Origin: an uncultured Nitrososphaerota archaeon
Lineage (GTDB): Archaea; Thermoproteota; Nitrososphaeria; Conexivisphaerales; DTJL01
DNA length: 24,000 nucleotides
Assembly (NCBI GenBank): GCA_963772005.1
Contig: CAVYVS010000026.1
Location: forward strand, 69,380 to 93,379
Direction: 5' to 3'
Below the pieces are notes generated by a model. It did not search any database. It was not told the DNA's origin and saw only the letters and a program-made list of their open reading frames with translations. Below, piece by piece: positions 9,277 through 17,680 of this stretch (its first letter is position 1; every line of letters begins with the position of its first letter). The translations under genes were made by a program, and so were the position numbers.

Positions 9277-10385
9277 AAGCTCGAGAGGTCCGTCTGGCCT
9301 TCAGTGCTCTTCAGCGAAGCCACGTGGACGCTCAACCGCCGGATCAGCAGGTCCGGCTCGTCTTCCAGGAGTTCGGTCACCAGCTCCCTCCCAACCCTGA
9401 CTATGGCACCGACGCCCCTCTCTTCACCCTTCATGGTGCGGCTTCTGCTGTGGGCCTTCAGGGTGGCGTTGTCGATGGCGGTTATGCCTACACTCTTGTA
9501 GGATAGTTCGGATGCCACCAGCTCCTCGGCTACTTCGGCAGCCATCCCTTCGAGAGCTTTGGAGATCAGCTCTATGTCTCGACTGTCCTCCTTCAATGTC
9601 ACCATCCGACCCACCTGCTCCCTCTTCCAGTTTCTCAGCGGCTTTTCGTCCGTGCCCTTGGAGGCCAGGAAGAAGTATAGCCCCAGGTTTCGGCCGAATT
9701 GCTCCTGCAGCTGGGTGACGGGAAGGTTGGAGAGTTCGGCGATGGTCTTGGCTCCGATCTTCTCGAGCTTGCCTGCGGTCTTCTTCCCCACGCCATAGAG
9801 CCTGTCCACCGGGAGCGAGCCGAACTGACCCATGAACTCGCCTTCCCTGACGGCCAGTAGGCCATTGGGCTTCGCCTTGTCGCTGGCCATCTTGGCCGTC
9901 AACATGTTGGGGCCGATGCCGACGCTGCAGGTCAGGCCTATCTCCTTCAGGACGGCCTCTCTCACATTCTGGCCGATGGATTCGGCCTTTACGTAGTCGC
10001 CTCCGGCTCTCAGGCTGATGTCCAAGTAGGCTTCGTCGATGCTTTCGGGAGATATCTTGTCAGCCAGGCCCCTGAGGAGCGCCATCGTCCTTCCGGAAAC
10101 GTCCTCGTAGAACGAGAAGTCGGGCGGGAGGAAGGCCGAGTCCACCCCTTTCAACAGCTCCTTCGCCCTGAAAATGGCGATGCCGGACCTCACGCCATGG
10201 TCCCTCGCGACGTAGTTGCAGGTGGCCACGGCCCCGCTGTCTTCGGTTCTCCCCGAGAACATGCAGACGACCACCGGCTTGGTCTTCAGGGTGGGATCCC
10301 TCACTTCCTCGCACTGGGCATAGAAGTAGTCCATGTCCACGGCCGCGATGATTCGCCGCTGGCTGGCCGGCGGTCCTCCGGGCAA
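9270..10385 (-). CDS. dinB: DNA polymerase IV (Y-family translesion polymerase, Dpo4/DinB type)
   Basis: 371 aa; AAVDMDYFYAQCEEVRDP, YEDVSGRTMALLR, SPESIDEAYLDIS, CSVGIGPNMLTAKMASDKAKPNGL; C-terminus QTDLSSFY resembles a PIP box. TTG start. Confidence 0.94.
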   Translation of the reverse strand: MPGGPPASQRRIIAAVDMDYFYAQCEEVRDPTLKTKPVVVCMFSGRTEDSGAVATCNYVARDHGVRSGIAIFRAKELLKGVDSAFLPPDFSFYEDVSGRTMALLRGLADKISPESIDEAYLDISLRAGGDYVKAESIGQNVREAVLKEIGLTCSVGIGPNMLTAKMASDKAKPNGLLAVREGEFMGQFGSLPVDRLYGVGKKTAGKLEKIGAKTIAELSNLPVTQLQEQFGRNLGLYFFLASKGTDEKPLRNWKREQVGRMVTLKEDSRDIELISKALEGMAAEVAEELVASELSYKSVGITAIDNATLKAHSRSRTMKGEERGVGAIVRVGRELVTELLEDEPDLLIRRLSVHVASLKSTEGQTDLSSFY

Positions 10386-10476
10386 TCTCCTCGTCCTTGA
10401 GAAGCTTGCCTAATATAACCTTCGAGGGCGCATTTCAATAAGCTAAATAACTTCGCGGGGGGAAAGCTCACCCGTC

Positions 10477-10564
10477 GCGGGGGTCGCCCAGCCTGGCCAA
10501 AGGCGTCGGGCTTAGGACCCGATCTCGTAGGAGTTCGTGGGTTCGAATCCCACCCCCCGCACCA
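10477..10564 (+). tRNA. tRNA-Leu (anticodon UAG) with encoded CCA
   Basis: Acceptor GCGGGGG/CCCCCGC, anticodon arm TCGGG-CTTAGGA-CCCGA, long variable arm CTC-GTAG-GAG, T arm GTGGG-TTCGAAT-CCCAC, A73 + CCA. The long variable arm and UAG anticodon give Leu. Confidence 0.93.
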
Positions 10565-10730
10565 AAGTCCCCCTCAGCCCATGCCTCCGTGGCCGCCGTG
10601 GGCACCTCGGATGCTCTTGCATCATCAGTTCGTCGGGCCCCCACCGGCTCCTGTCAGGGACGTTGGCTCTGAGCGGCGTTTGACGATGAGCCTGACTCCG
10701 TGAATCATACGCTAGGCGTGAAGGCAGTCA

Positions 10731-11897
10731 CTATTTGGACAATGAACGAAGTTTGGCTCCCCTTGCCAGGACGAGGAGAACAAGTGGGACCAAAGGAAGT
10801 GTACCCACTAGGGTCCAGCCAAGGCTCCAGGAGATGGTCGAAGCCAGCGAGAGCATGGGAGCGACCCACATCCCGATGAGCATGTGGAAAGTGTTGACGA
10901 CGGCGAGATAGGAAGTGGGGTCGCTCCCTTCGAGATCGACCAGAAAGGCGTACAGCATCGATATGCCGAAGTCATTGAAGAAGCCTACCAAGACCAGCGA
11001 AACGATGATGGCGTCGACTCGACCCGTGCCGATCATGACGGCAGGCAGAATCGCCGGAACTGCACCCAGCGCCAAGAGCAGACGCTTGTTCCTGAACCTG
11101 CCGTAGAAGACGCTCATGAAACTCCCCACTATGCTGGGGAAGAGGAGGATGGAAGACGTCAAGCCCGAAATCGAGACGGATGTTCCCAGGGCGATCTGCT
11201 CGTAGGACGGCAAGAGCTGTCCTATCGCGAAGTAGGCACCCCACACACCCGCATAGGATAGGCCCACGGCCAGGACCACCCTGTTCCTTAGAGTCTTGCC
11301 TACGCCCAAAAGGCGCGGAGGGGGCGAATAGTTCTCGTTTCGGACTACGACGAAGTTCAGCGCGGCCATGATGACGGCCACGAGCCCGCCGAGCTCGGTG
11401 GCTAGCTCCCACCCCAGGGCCTGGTCGAATACCCCCCAGACCAACCCCACTCCTCCTCCCATGGCGAAAAAGGCGTTGTAGAGGCCCATGACGGTTCCGG
11501 GCTTGGTGGGATAGAGATCGGAGAGGACCCCGCCGGCGGAAGCGAAGAACATCGCCGCTCCTACTCCTGAAATCATCCGAGTGGCGAAGAGCCAGAAAGT
11601 GGACACGTTCAGGGGGAGGAAAATGTTGCCTGCAGCGAGCATGAAGAGCCCCAAGATGTACGTCCGGGTGGGGCTGAGCTTTTGCGCCAAGTAGACAGAT
11701 GGGATCTGAGCCACTCCGGCAGCCCCGAAGAAGGCCACAGGTATCAGCCCCAGGAGGCTGGTCGGCACGTTTCCCTGTGCCGCGATCTGCGGCAGGGCAG
11801 GGGATATGAGGAACCATTGGAGGCTGTAGGTAAGCCTCCCCGCCAGGATGAAGGCGGCCTTCAAGTCCCTTCCCTGCGTCACGGCCCTAGTCTCCAA
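10731..11897 (-). CDS. Major facilitator superfamily transporter
   Basis: 388 aa with about 12 hydrophobic segments, PTRTYILGLFMLAAGN, SDLYPTKPGTVMGLYNAFFAMGGGVG typical of MFS proteins. Confidence 0.85.
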   Translation of the reverse strand: METRAVTQGRDLKAAFILAGRLTYSLQWFLISPALPQIAAQGNVPTSLLGLIPVAFFGAAGVAQIPSVYLAQKLSPTRTYILGLFMLAAGNIFLPLNVSTFWLFATRMISGVGAAMFFASAGGVLSDLYPTKPGTVMGLYNAFFAMGGGVGLVWGVFDQALGWELATELGGLVAVIMAALNFVVVRNENYSPPPRLLGVGKTLRNRVVLAVGLSYAGVWGAYFAIGQLLPSYEQIALGTSVSISGLTSSILLFPSIVGSFMSVFYGRFRNKRLLLALGAVPAILPAVMIGTGRVDAIIVSLVLVGFFNDFGISMLYAFLVDLEGSDPTSYLAVVNTFHMLIGMWVAPMLSLASTISWSLGWTLVGTLPLVPLVLLVLARGAKLRSLSK

Positions 11898-12133
11898 GGA
11901 GGTCTTTCAGCTCGGTCTGCGCGGGGATATTTAAGCGCTCGAGAGGAAGGAGGGCACCTGTCGAAAGAAGTCGAGCGGACACCGGGCCGCAGACGAGCTC
12001 AGCAGAAGGCTCCCAGCCTAGATGCGCCGGTCCGGGCCGCCAAACGCTTCACGACCGCTTCTGTCCCTTCTCACAAAGAATCCTTTATGTGTCAGCGATT
12101 CGGATGATATACCGCTGCAAGGGCAAAGCCACC

Positions 12134-13384
12134 ATGGAGCGACTTTTCAATAACGAGTCAATCAACCGCAACGTCGCCGTGCTGGGGATAACGTCTGCAG
12201 TATCGACGTTTTCAATAACCCTCTGGCAAGGCTGGCTCCCCCTCCTGCTGCAAGGGCGTCTGCCGAGCGTGCTGCTCGTTGGCGGATCGTTCTCGATCTT
12301 CGGCCTCGTGACCGCCGTTGCCTATCTAGTCGCCGGTCCCCTCGGGGACGGCTACGGCCGAAAGGAAGTCATCGTGGTCAGCTCCTACCTCCTCGGACTT
12401 GCCCCCATACTCCTGTTGTTCTCAAACAACCTCCTGCTCATAGCCGCGTTGATGCTGTTCTATTGGGCCCAGACCGCGCTGCAACCTAACTTCAGGGCCA
12501 TGGTCATGGACGCCATCAAGCCGGCTTTCCGAGGCAGAGCCTTCGGCATCTTCACATCATTGGCCGCGAGCGTCTCGGCTCTTGCCCTTTTGCTCTCGGG
12601 CTTCGCCCTGTCGCTGACAAGCCCCTCCTCCCAGGGCGCCTACAGCCAGAGCGCGCTCTCCCCCTTCTTCATCTTCAGCGGCATAGCCATACTCAGCGTG
12701 GCCGTGGTGAGGACGCTCCTCCTACGTGAGACCTTCGGTTCCGGGGCCAAGGGCCTGCAAGGGTTCAAGGCCAACGTCACCAAGAACCTGGAACCGCTGA
12801 GAAGGAAGACCATGCGGGTTCCGACGGCCGCCTACATACTTCACGATGCCGCCATGAGCCTGGTGCTCTTTCTCGCCCCCATTTACGCCGTCGAGCAGGC
12901 TTCGATGGCGCCCTGGGCCGTGGGGGCGATGCTGGCTTCACCACTGGTCCTGCTTTTCGTCTTCCAGATCCCCTTCGGGCGCTTCGCTGACCTCAGGGGG
13001 AGGACATGGGTCATCTCGATCAGTTTCGTCCTCGAGGCCATATTCGCGACGGCCTTCGTCTTGTACAGGAACATGCTCTACGTGTTCCTGGTCTACGTGG
13101 CCTGGATGGGCCTGGGCCAGATGGACGCCCCTGCCCAAGTGGCGCTGCTGGCAGACCTCTCCAGCATAGAAGAGCGGGCGACTGTGATGGGAGGGTTCGG
13201 CGGGCTGACGACGCTGGCGGCCATACCTGCTCCGCTCGTAGGTGGCTACTTGTACAGCAGTTCCGTCCCATATCCGTTCTTCCTATGCTCCGCTCTTCTC
13301 TGCGTCTCCACGGTCCTGATCCTGTACTACCGGTTCAAGACCCGTAAGAGGCTTGGGCCTCGACCATCTTCACTACCGCTTTGA
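12134..13384 (+). CDS. Major facilitator superfamily transporter
   Basis: About 416 aa from ATG 12134 (called ORF extends to 12089); PLGDGYGRKEVIVVSSYLLGLAPILL, FRGRAFGIFTSLAASVSA; multi-pass MFS topology. CTTTATGTG TATA-like element lies about 50 nt upstream. Confidence 0.86.
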   Translation: MERLFNNESINRNVAVLGITSAVSTFSITLWQGWLPLLLQGRLPSVLLVGGSFSIFGLVTAVAYLVAGPLGDGYGRKEVIVVSSYLLGLAPILLLFSNNLLLIAALMLFYWAQTALQPNFRAMVMDAIKPAFRGRAFGIFTSLAASVSALALLLSGFALSLTSPSSQGAYSQSALSPFFIFSGIAILSVAVVRTLLLRETFGSGAKGLQGFKANVTKNLEPLRRKTMRVPTAAYILHDAAMSLVLFLAPIYAVEQASMAPWAVGAMLASPLVLLFVFQIPFGRFADLRGRTWVISISFVLEAIFATAFVLYRNMLYVFLVYVAWMGLGQMDAPAQVALLADLSSIEERATVMGGFGGLTTLAAIPAPLVGGYLYSSSVPYPFFLCSALLCVSTVLILYYRFKTRKRLGPRPSSLPL

Positions 13385-13904
13385 GGTCCTCCACCAGGGC
13401 CTCCAGTAGTTGTGGCCGTCCGTGCAGCGCGACGGCGGGATGGTAGGTGATGTAAAGCGAGGCAGCCCTGTATGTTCCGGTTGGACCCCTCTGCAGGCTC
13501 CCCTTCTTGCCCGTCACCGCCATCTGGGCGGTGCGGCCCAGGAGGACCACCACTCCCGGCTTGATGGCATCAACTTGTCTTTCGAGGTAACCGATGCACT
13601 CTTTCAACTCGTCGTCCTTCGGCACCCGGTTGTCCGGCGGCCTGCACTTCACCACGCTGGTGATGAACAGATTATCCCGCCGCAGGCCGGCCGAAGCAAG
13701 GGCCCTTTCTAGGACCTTCCCCGCCTGGCCCATAAAGGGACGGCCCACCATGTCCTCCCTCCTGCCCGGCGCCTCCCCCACTATCATTATCCTAGCTGAG
13801 GGGGCGCCCTCGCCGGGGACCGCTTTGGTGCGACTCTGGCAGAGGCGGCACTTTGTGCAAGCGGAGACCTCCCTAGCTACGGCGGATAGCTCACGTTTCG
13901 TCAT
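13335..13904 (-). CDS. Uracil-DNA glycosylase, type 4 (4Fe-4S)
   Basis: 189 aa; CTKCRLC, GEAPGRREDMVGRPFMGQAGKVLERAL, ITSVVKCRPPDNRVP, TYHPA motifs of family 4 UDG. Confidence 0.93.
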   Translation of the reverse strand: MTKRELSAVAREVSACTKCRLCQSRTKAVPGEGAPSARIMIVGEAPGRREDMVGRPFMGQAGKVLERALASAGLRRDNLFITSVVKCRPPDNRVPKDDELKECIGYLERQVDAIKPGVVVLLGRTAQMAVTGKKGSLQRGPTGTYRAASLYITYHPAVALHGRPQLLEALVEDLKAVVKMVEAQASYGS

Positions 13905-14280
13905 CGACCAGGTCCCAGCTCACGGGGTTTGCCTTGGAATCGTACACCGCGATGCAGTCCGGACCGACGAAGGGATATGCGACGATCATCATCACCGAGC
14001 CGTAAATGTGGAGAGTGTCCTGCAGCGAGGGGTTCTTCGAGCCGGACGGGTGGGAGTGGGCAGTGCCCACAATGGACGCGTCAATGGGCACCTGATATCG
14101 GTTGAAGGTCGAAGAAGAGTGGGCCCCCGTCATGAACGGGGCGAAGACCACCTGGTGGATGAGCAGGACATCCTTGGTCTTCTTGGCCCTGAGTAGCACT
14201 ATCATCTCGTTGGGGTACTGGTCCTTTGAAAAGGCCAGAAGCGACTCTGCCAGGGTCTTAGTCAGCTGTACGCGAGTCAC
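13891..14280 (-). CDS. JAMM/MPN (JAB1/Mov34-type) domain protein, putative metallopeptidase
   Basis: From GTG at 14280: VTRVQLTKTLAESLLAFSKDQYPNEMIVLLRAKK...GTAHSHPSGSKNPSLQD, matching the HxHx10D JAMM signature with an upstream Glu. The called ORF start at 14448 would run inside fumarase beta. Confidence 0.85.
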   Translation of the reverse strand: MTRVQLTKTLAESLLAFSKDQYPNEMIVLLRAKKTKDVLLIHQVVFAPFMTGAHSSSTFNRYQVPIDASIVGTAHSHPSGSKNPSLQDTLHIYGSVMMIVAYPFVGPDCIAVYDSKANPVSWDLVDDET

Positions 14281-14882
14281 TATGTGGATATCCCCATCAT
14301 CTTGTAGGCTTCTGCGAGGTTGGTCTTGACCCTGGACCTCACTTCTTCGTAGTAGTTGTGGCCTTCCGAGTCTATGATGACGGTCAGGGGGCCGAAGTCT
14401 TCGACCTCTAGTATCCATAGGGCCTCGGGCGAGCCCAGGTCGAGCCACTCCACTCCCTTGACCTTCTTTATGGATTTCGCCGCGAGCGCCCCGGCGCCGC
14501 CGGTGTATATCGTATAGGCCGTTCCCAGCTTCTTACATGCCTCGGCTGTCTTGGCTCCCATGCCACCCTTCCCGATGACTAGCTTGGCGCCGGTCTTCTC
14601 GAGGAAGTCGGCTTCGTAGGTCTCGATCCTTGCCGAAGTGGTCGGGCCGGCCGATATGATCTCCCAGCTATCCCCCCTCTTCCTGACCACGGGACCCATG
14701 TGATAGACGGCCAGCCCATGGAAGTCGACAGGAAGGCGCTCCCCTTTCCCAAGGAGCTCCAGAACCCGCCTGTGGGCGGCGTCCCTTGCCGTGATGACGG
14801 TGCCGGTCAGGTAGACGATGTCGCCGGTGCGCAGCTTCCTTGGCTCGTCGCCCATGGGCGTGGTGAACTTGTATTCGACCAT
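14280..14882 (-). CDS. Class I fumarate hydratase, beta (C-terminal) subunit
   Basis: 200 aa; GDIVYLTGTVITARDAAHRRV, VDFHGLAVYHMGPVV, ISAGPTTSARIETYEADFLEKTG, VIGKGGM, EALWILEVEDFGPLTVIIDSEGHNYY. Confidence 0.92.
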   Translation of the reverse strand: MVEYKFTTPMGDEPRKLRTGDIVYLTGTVITARDAAHRRVLELLGKGERLPVDFHGLAVYHMGPVVRKRGDSWEIISAGPTTSARIETYEADFLEKTGAKLVIGKGGMGAKTAEACKKLGTAYTIYTGGAGALAAKSIKKVKGVEWLDLGSPEALWILEVEDFGPLTVIIDSEGHNYYEEVRSRVKTNLAEAYKMMGIST

Positions 14883-14884
14883 CT

Positions 14885-15793
14885 TCAGGCGCCTCCCTTG
14901 TTGAGGAACGGGTGAGTGAGGAATTCTACCCTTCCCCCTGGGAACACCCTCATGGTGCTCCTCCGGTCCTCCCAGCAGGCGGTTGCGACGCCCACGGCGA
15001 ACGATGCAGGGTGGCGGTTTACGGCATCGATGTGGACGTCAAGGGCGGTGGTCGCACCTCCAACTCCATGGGGGCCCCAGCCTAGCTTGTTTATGGCTTC
15101 AAGGAGAGATGTTTCGATCTTGGAGAGTTCGGGGTCGACATTTCGCTCGCCCACCTCCCGTTGCAGGGACTTCTTCGCCAGCTTCATGGCGATGTCGGCC
15201 GTGGGTCCTAGCCCGATGCCGACTATGACGGGCGGGCAGGGCTTCGGTCCCTGCTCGAAGATGTCGTCCAGCACGATCTTGTAGACTCCCTTCATGCCCT
15301 CGGCGGGGGGGATGACCTTGGCCAAGCTGGGCGACTCGCTCCCTCCTCCCTTCAACACGACGGTCACGTCGGCCGTGTCGAGGCCAGGGACGATCTCCCA
15401 TTCAATCCAAGGGATCCGGTCCGCCGTGTTGTTCCCGGAGTTCTTCCCTGTGAGTATGTTCACGGAATTTGGCCTGAGCGGAGCCTCGGCCGTCGCTTTG
15501 ACCGTTGCGCCTCTGAGGGCGCCCTCGAGCAGCCCAAGGTAGGGGAACCGGTCCCCGGCTCTGACGTAGAAGATGACCGTTCCTGTGTCTTGGCAGGAGG
15601 GCCTACCTTCGACTTCGGCGATCTCCAGGTTCTTGAGCATCGAGCCGATGACCTTCTTGGGCAGCTCTGTGGGCTCGTTGTCTTGGGCTCGCTTAAGGGC
15701 CGACTTCACGTCGGCAGGCAGGTAGATGGCCGCGGTCGTTATGAGTTTCACGGCGGCTCCGGAAATCTGATCCTCGACGCTCTCCTGGCTCAT
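14885..15793 (-). CDS. Class I fumarate hydratase, alpha (N-terminal, Fe-S) subunit
   Basis: 302 aa; PSCQDTGTVIFYVRAG, LRPNSVNILTGKNSGNNT, KGGGSESPSLAKVIPPAEG, CPPVIVGIGLGPTADIAMKLAKKSL, GPHGVGGATTALDV; followed 2 nt later by the beta subunit. Confidence 0.93.
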   Translation of the reverse strand: MSQESVEDQISGAAVKLITTAAIYLPADVKSALKRAQDNEPTELPKKVIGSMLKNLEIAEVEGRPSCQDTGTVIFYVRAGDRFPYLGLLEGALRGATVKATAEAPLRPNSVNILTGKNSGNNTADRIPWIEWEIVPGLDTADVTVVLKGGGSESPSLAKVIPPAEGMKGVYKIVLDDIFEQGPKPCPPVIVGIGLGPTADIAMKLAKKSLQREVGERNVDPELSKIETSLLEAINKLGWGPHGVGGATTALDVHIDAVNRHPASFAVGVATACWEDRRSTMRVFPGGRVEFLTHPFLNKGGA

Positions 15794-15870
15794 TGGGGCG
15801 AGATGGGGCGTCAGTGGGATATATCGGTTGCTCGTCGGGCCAAAGGTGGAGCAGGGGCAAATAGACAGAA

Positions 15871-15883
15871 AAAATAAATATGA
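15871..15883 (+). promoter_or_regulatory. Putative TATA box for the thermosome gene
   Basis: AAAATAAATATGA about 45-55 nt upstream of the thermosome ATG at 15929, in the divergent spacer with fumarase alpha. Confidence 0.5.
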
Positions 15884-15928
15884 GCCTTAGAAACACAAAT
15901 CCGCAAAAATCCCTTTTCATAGGTGAGA

Positions 15929-17555
15929 ATGTTGTCATATCCATCTGGTTCGCAACCCGTCATAGTCCTGAAAGAAGGAGCGTCCGAAACCAAAGGCAAG
16001 GAAGCCCTTAGGAACAACATCAACGCGGCTAAGTTGATCTCTGGGATAGTGAAGTCTTCTCTCGGACCCAGGGGCATGGACAAGATGCTTGTGGATTCGC
16101 TGGGAGACGTAACCATTACCAACGACGGCGCCACGATGCTGAAGCAGCTCGACGTTCAGCACCCGGGCGCCAAGATGATGGTGGAGATCAGCAAGGCCAC
16201 TGACAGCGAAGTGGGCGATGGCACCACCAGCGCCGTCGTTCTGGCGGGCTCCCTGCTCGAGAAGGCTGAGGAGCTCATCGACAAGGACGTCCACCCGACC
16301 ATCATAGTCGACGGCTATACCATTGCCTGCGAGAAGGCACTGGAGATACTGGGCAAGATCGCCATTAAAGTGGACCCCACCAACAAGGAGTGGTTGGTCA
16401 AGATATCGAAGACCAGCCTGGCTTCGAAGCTCGTCTCTCAGGAAAGCGAGGAGCTTTCGAACATAGTCGTCGACGCGGTCCTCCACGTCGTCGACAAGGC
16501 CGGGGACAAGCTGAAGGTGGACATAGACAACGTCAAGGTCGAGAAGAAGCCCGGTCGGTCCCTGAGCGACACGGCCCTGGTCAACGGGATCATCATAGAC
16601 AAGGAGGTCGTGCATGCGGGGATGCCCAAGAGGGTGGAAAAGGCCAAGATAATGCTCCTCAACTCGCCGCTTGAGATCGAGAAGACCGAGATGAGCGCCG
16701 AGATACGGATCTCCGACCCCACCCAGATGAAGTCGTTCCTGGACGAGGAGGCGCGGATGCTAAAGGGGATGGTGGACAAGCTCGCCGAAGCCGGCGCCAA
16801 CGTTGTGTTCGTTCAGAAAGGCATCGACGACATAGCCCAGCACTACCTCGCAAAGGCGGGGATAGTGGCAGTCCGCCGAGTGAAAGAGAGCGACATGACT
16901 CGCCTGGCGAAGGCGACCGGTGGGCGGATCGTGACGAACCTCGACGACATGACGCAAGGCGGACCTCGGCCAGGCAGACCTCGTGGAAGAAAGGAAGGTC
17001 GAGCAGGACAAATGGGTCTTCGTGGAGGGATGCAAGAACCCGAAGGCGGTCAGCATCCTCCTCCGGGGCGGCTCCCAGAGGGTGGTGGACGAAGGCGAAA
17101 GGGCCGTGCACGATGCCATCATGGTGGTCAAAGATGTGATCGAAAGGCCCACCGTAGTGTGTGGGGGAGGCGCTCCTGAAGCCGAGATCGCTCACCGCAT
17201 AAGAGAGTGGGCCCACACGCTGTCCGGCAGGGAACAGCTGGCCGCCCAGTCTTTCGCCGATGCGATGGAAGTGATTCCCCTGACCCTAGCTTCGAATGCA
17301 GGGATGGACCCGATTGATACGCAAGTGGACCTGCGCGCGGCCCATTCGAAGAACAAGACTTGGGCAGGGATATCTGTTTCAGACGGCAAGGTAGGCGACA
17401 TGGAGAAGGAACAGGTGTTCGAGCCTGCCGTCGTGAAATCCCAGATCATCAAGTCGGCGACGGAAGCCGCGGTGATGATCATGAGGATCGACGACGTCAT
17501 AGCCTCGAAGGGCATGGGCAGGGAAGTCGGAGGCCCGCCGCCCGGCGGAATGTAG
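15929..17555 (+). CDS. Thermosome subunit (group II chaperonin), split by an apparent +1 frameshift near 16958-16959
   Basis: First frame: [78 protein letters not shown]. Second frame: [30 protein letters not shown]...ending GGPPPGGM. Removing one G restores [17 protein letters not shown]. Confidence 0.95.
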
Positions 17556-17564
17556 GATACACGG

Positions 17565-17576
17565 TCTTCTCTTTTT
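17565..17576 (+). terminator. Possible T-rich termination tract downstream of thermosome
   Basis: TCTTCTCTTTTT begins 10 nt after the thermosome stop codon; T-rich tracts are typical archaeal terminators. Confidence 0.35.
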
Positions 17577-17680
17577 GCCACCGACGGCGAGCGGAGGCGC
17601 TGCCGGGGCCGAGCTGGGGCCGTTCCATAATTGCTCCCATCTCACGATGGCGGCCTCAAAATGAAGAGGTCGATGAGGTC

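Noticed and set aside
10580-10640. Minus-strand C/D-box sRNA candidate (TGATGAT ... CTGA) between tRNA-Leu and the MFS gene
   Set aside because: A C-like and D-like box are present about 54 nt apart, but I could not find convincing internal D' and C' boxes or a terminal stem; chance match is likely.
10972-11817. 281-aa minus-strand ORF inside the MFS transporter
   Set aside because: Alternate frame of the same strand without hydrophobic topology or motifs; the MFS frame is clearly coding.
14281-14448. N-terminal part of the called 185-aa JAMM ORF
   Set aside because: It overlaps the conserved C-terminus of fumarase beta and reads as Arg/Pro-rich shadow sequence; the GTG at 14280 is a better start.
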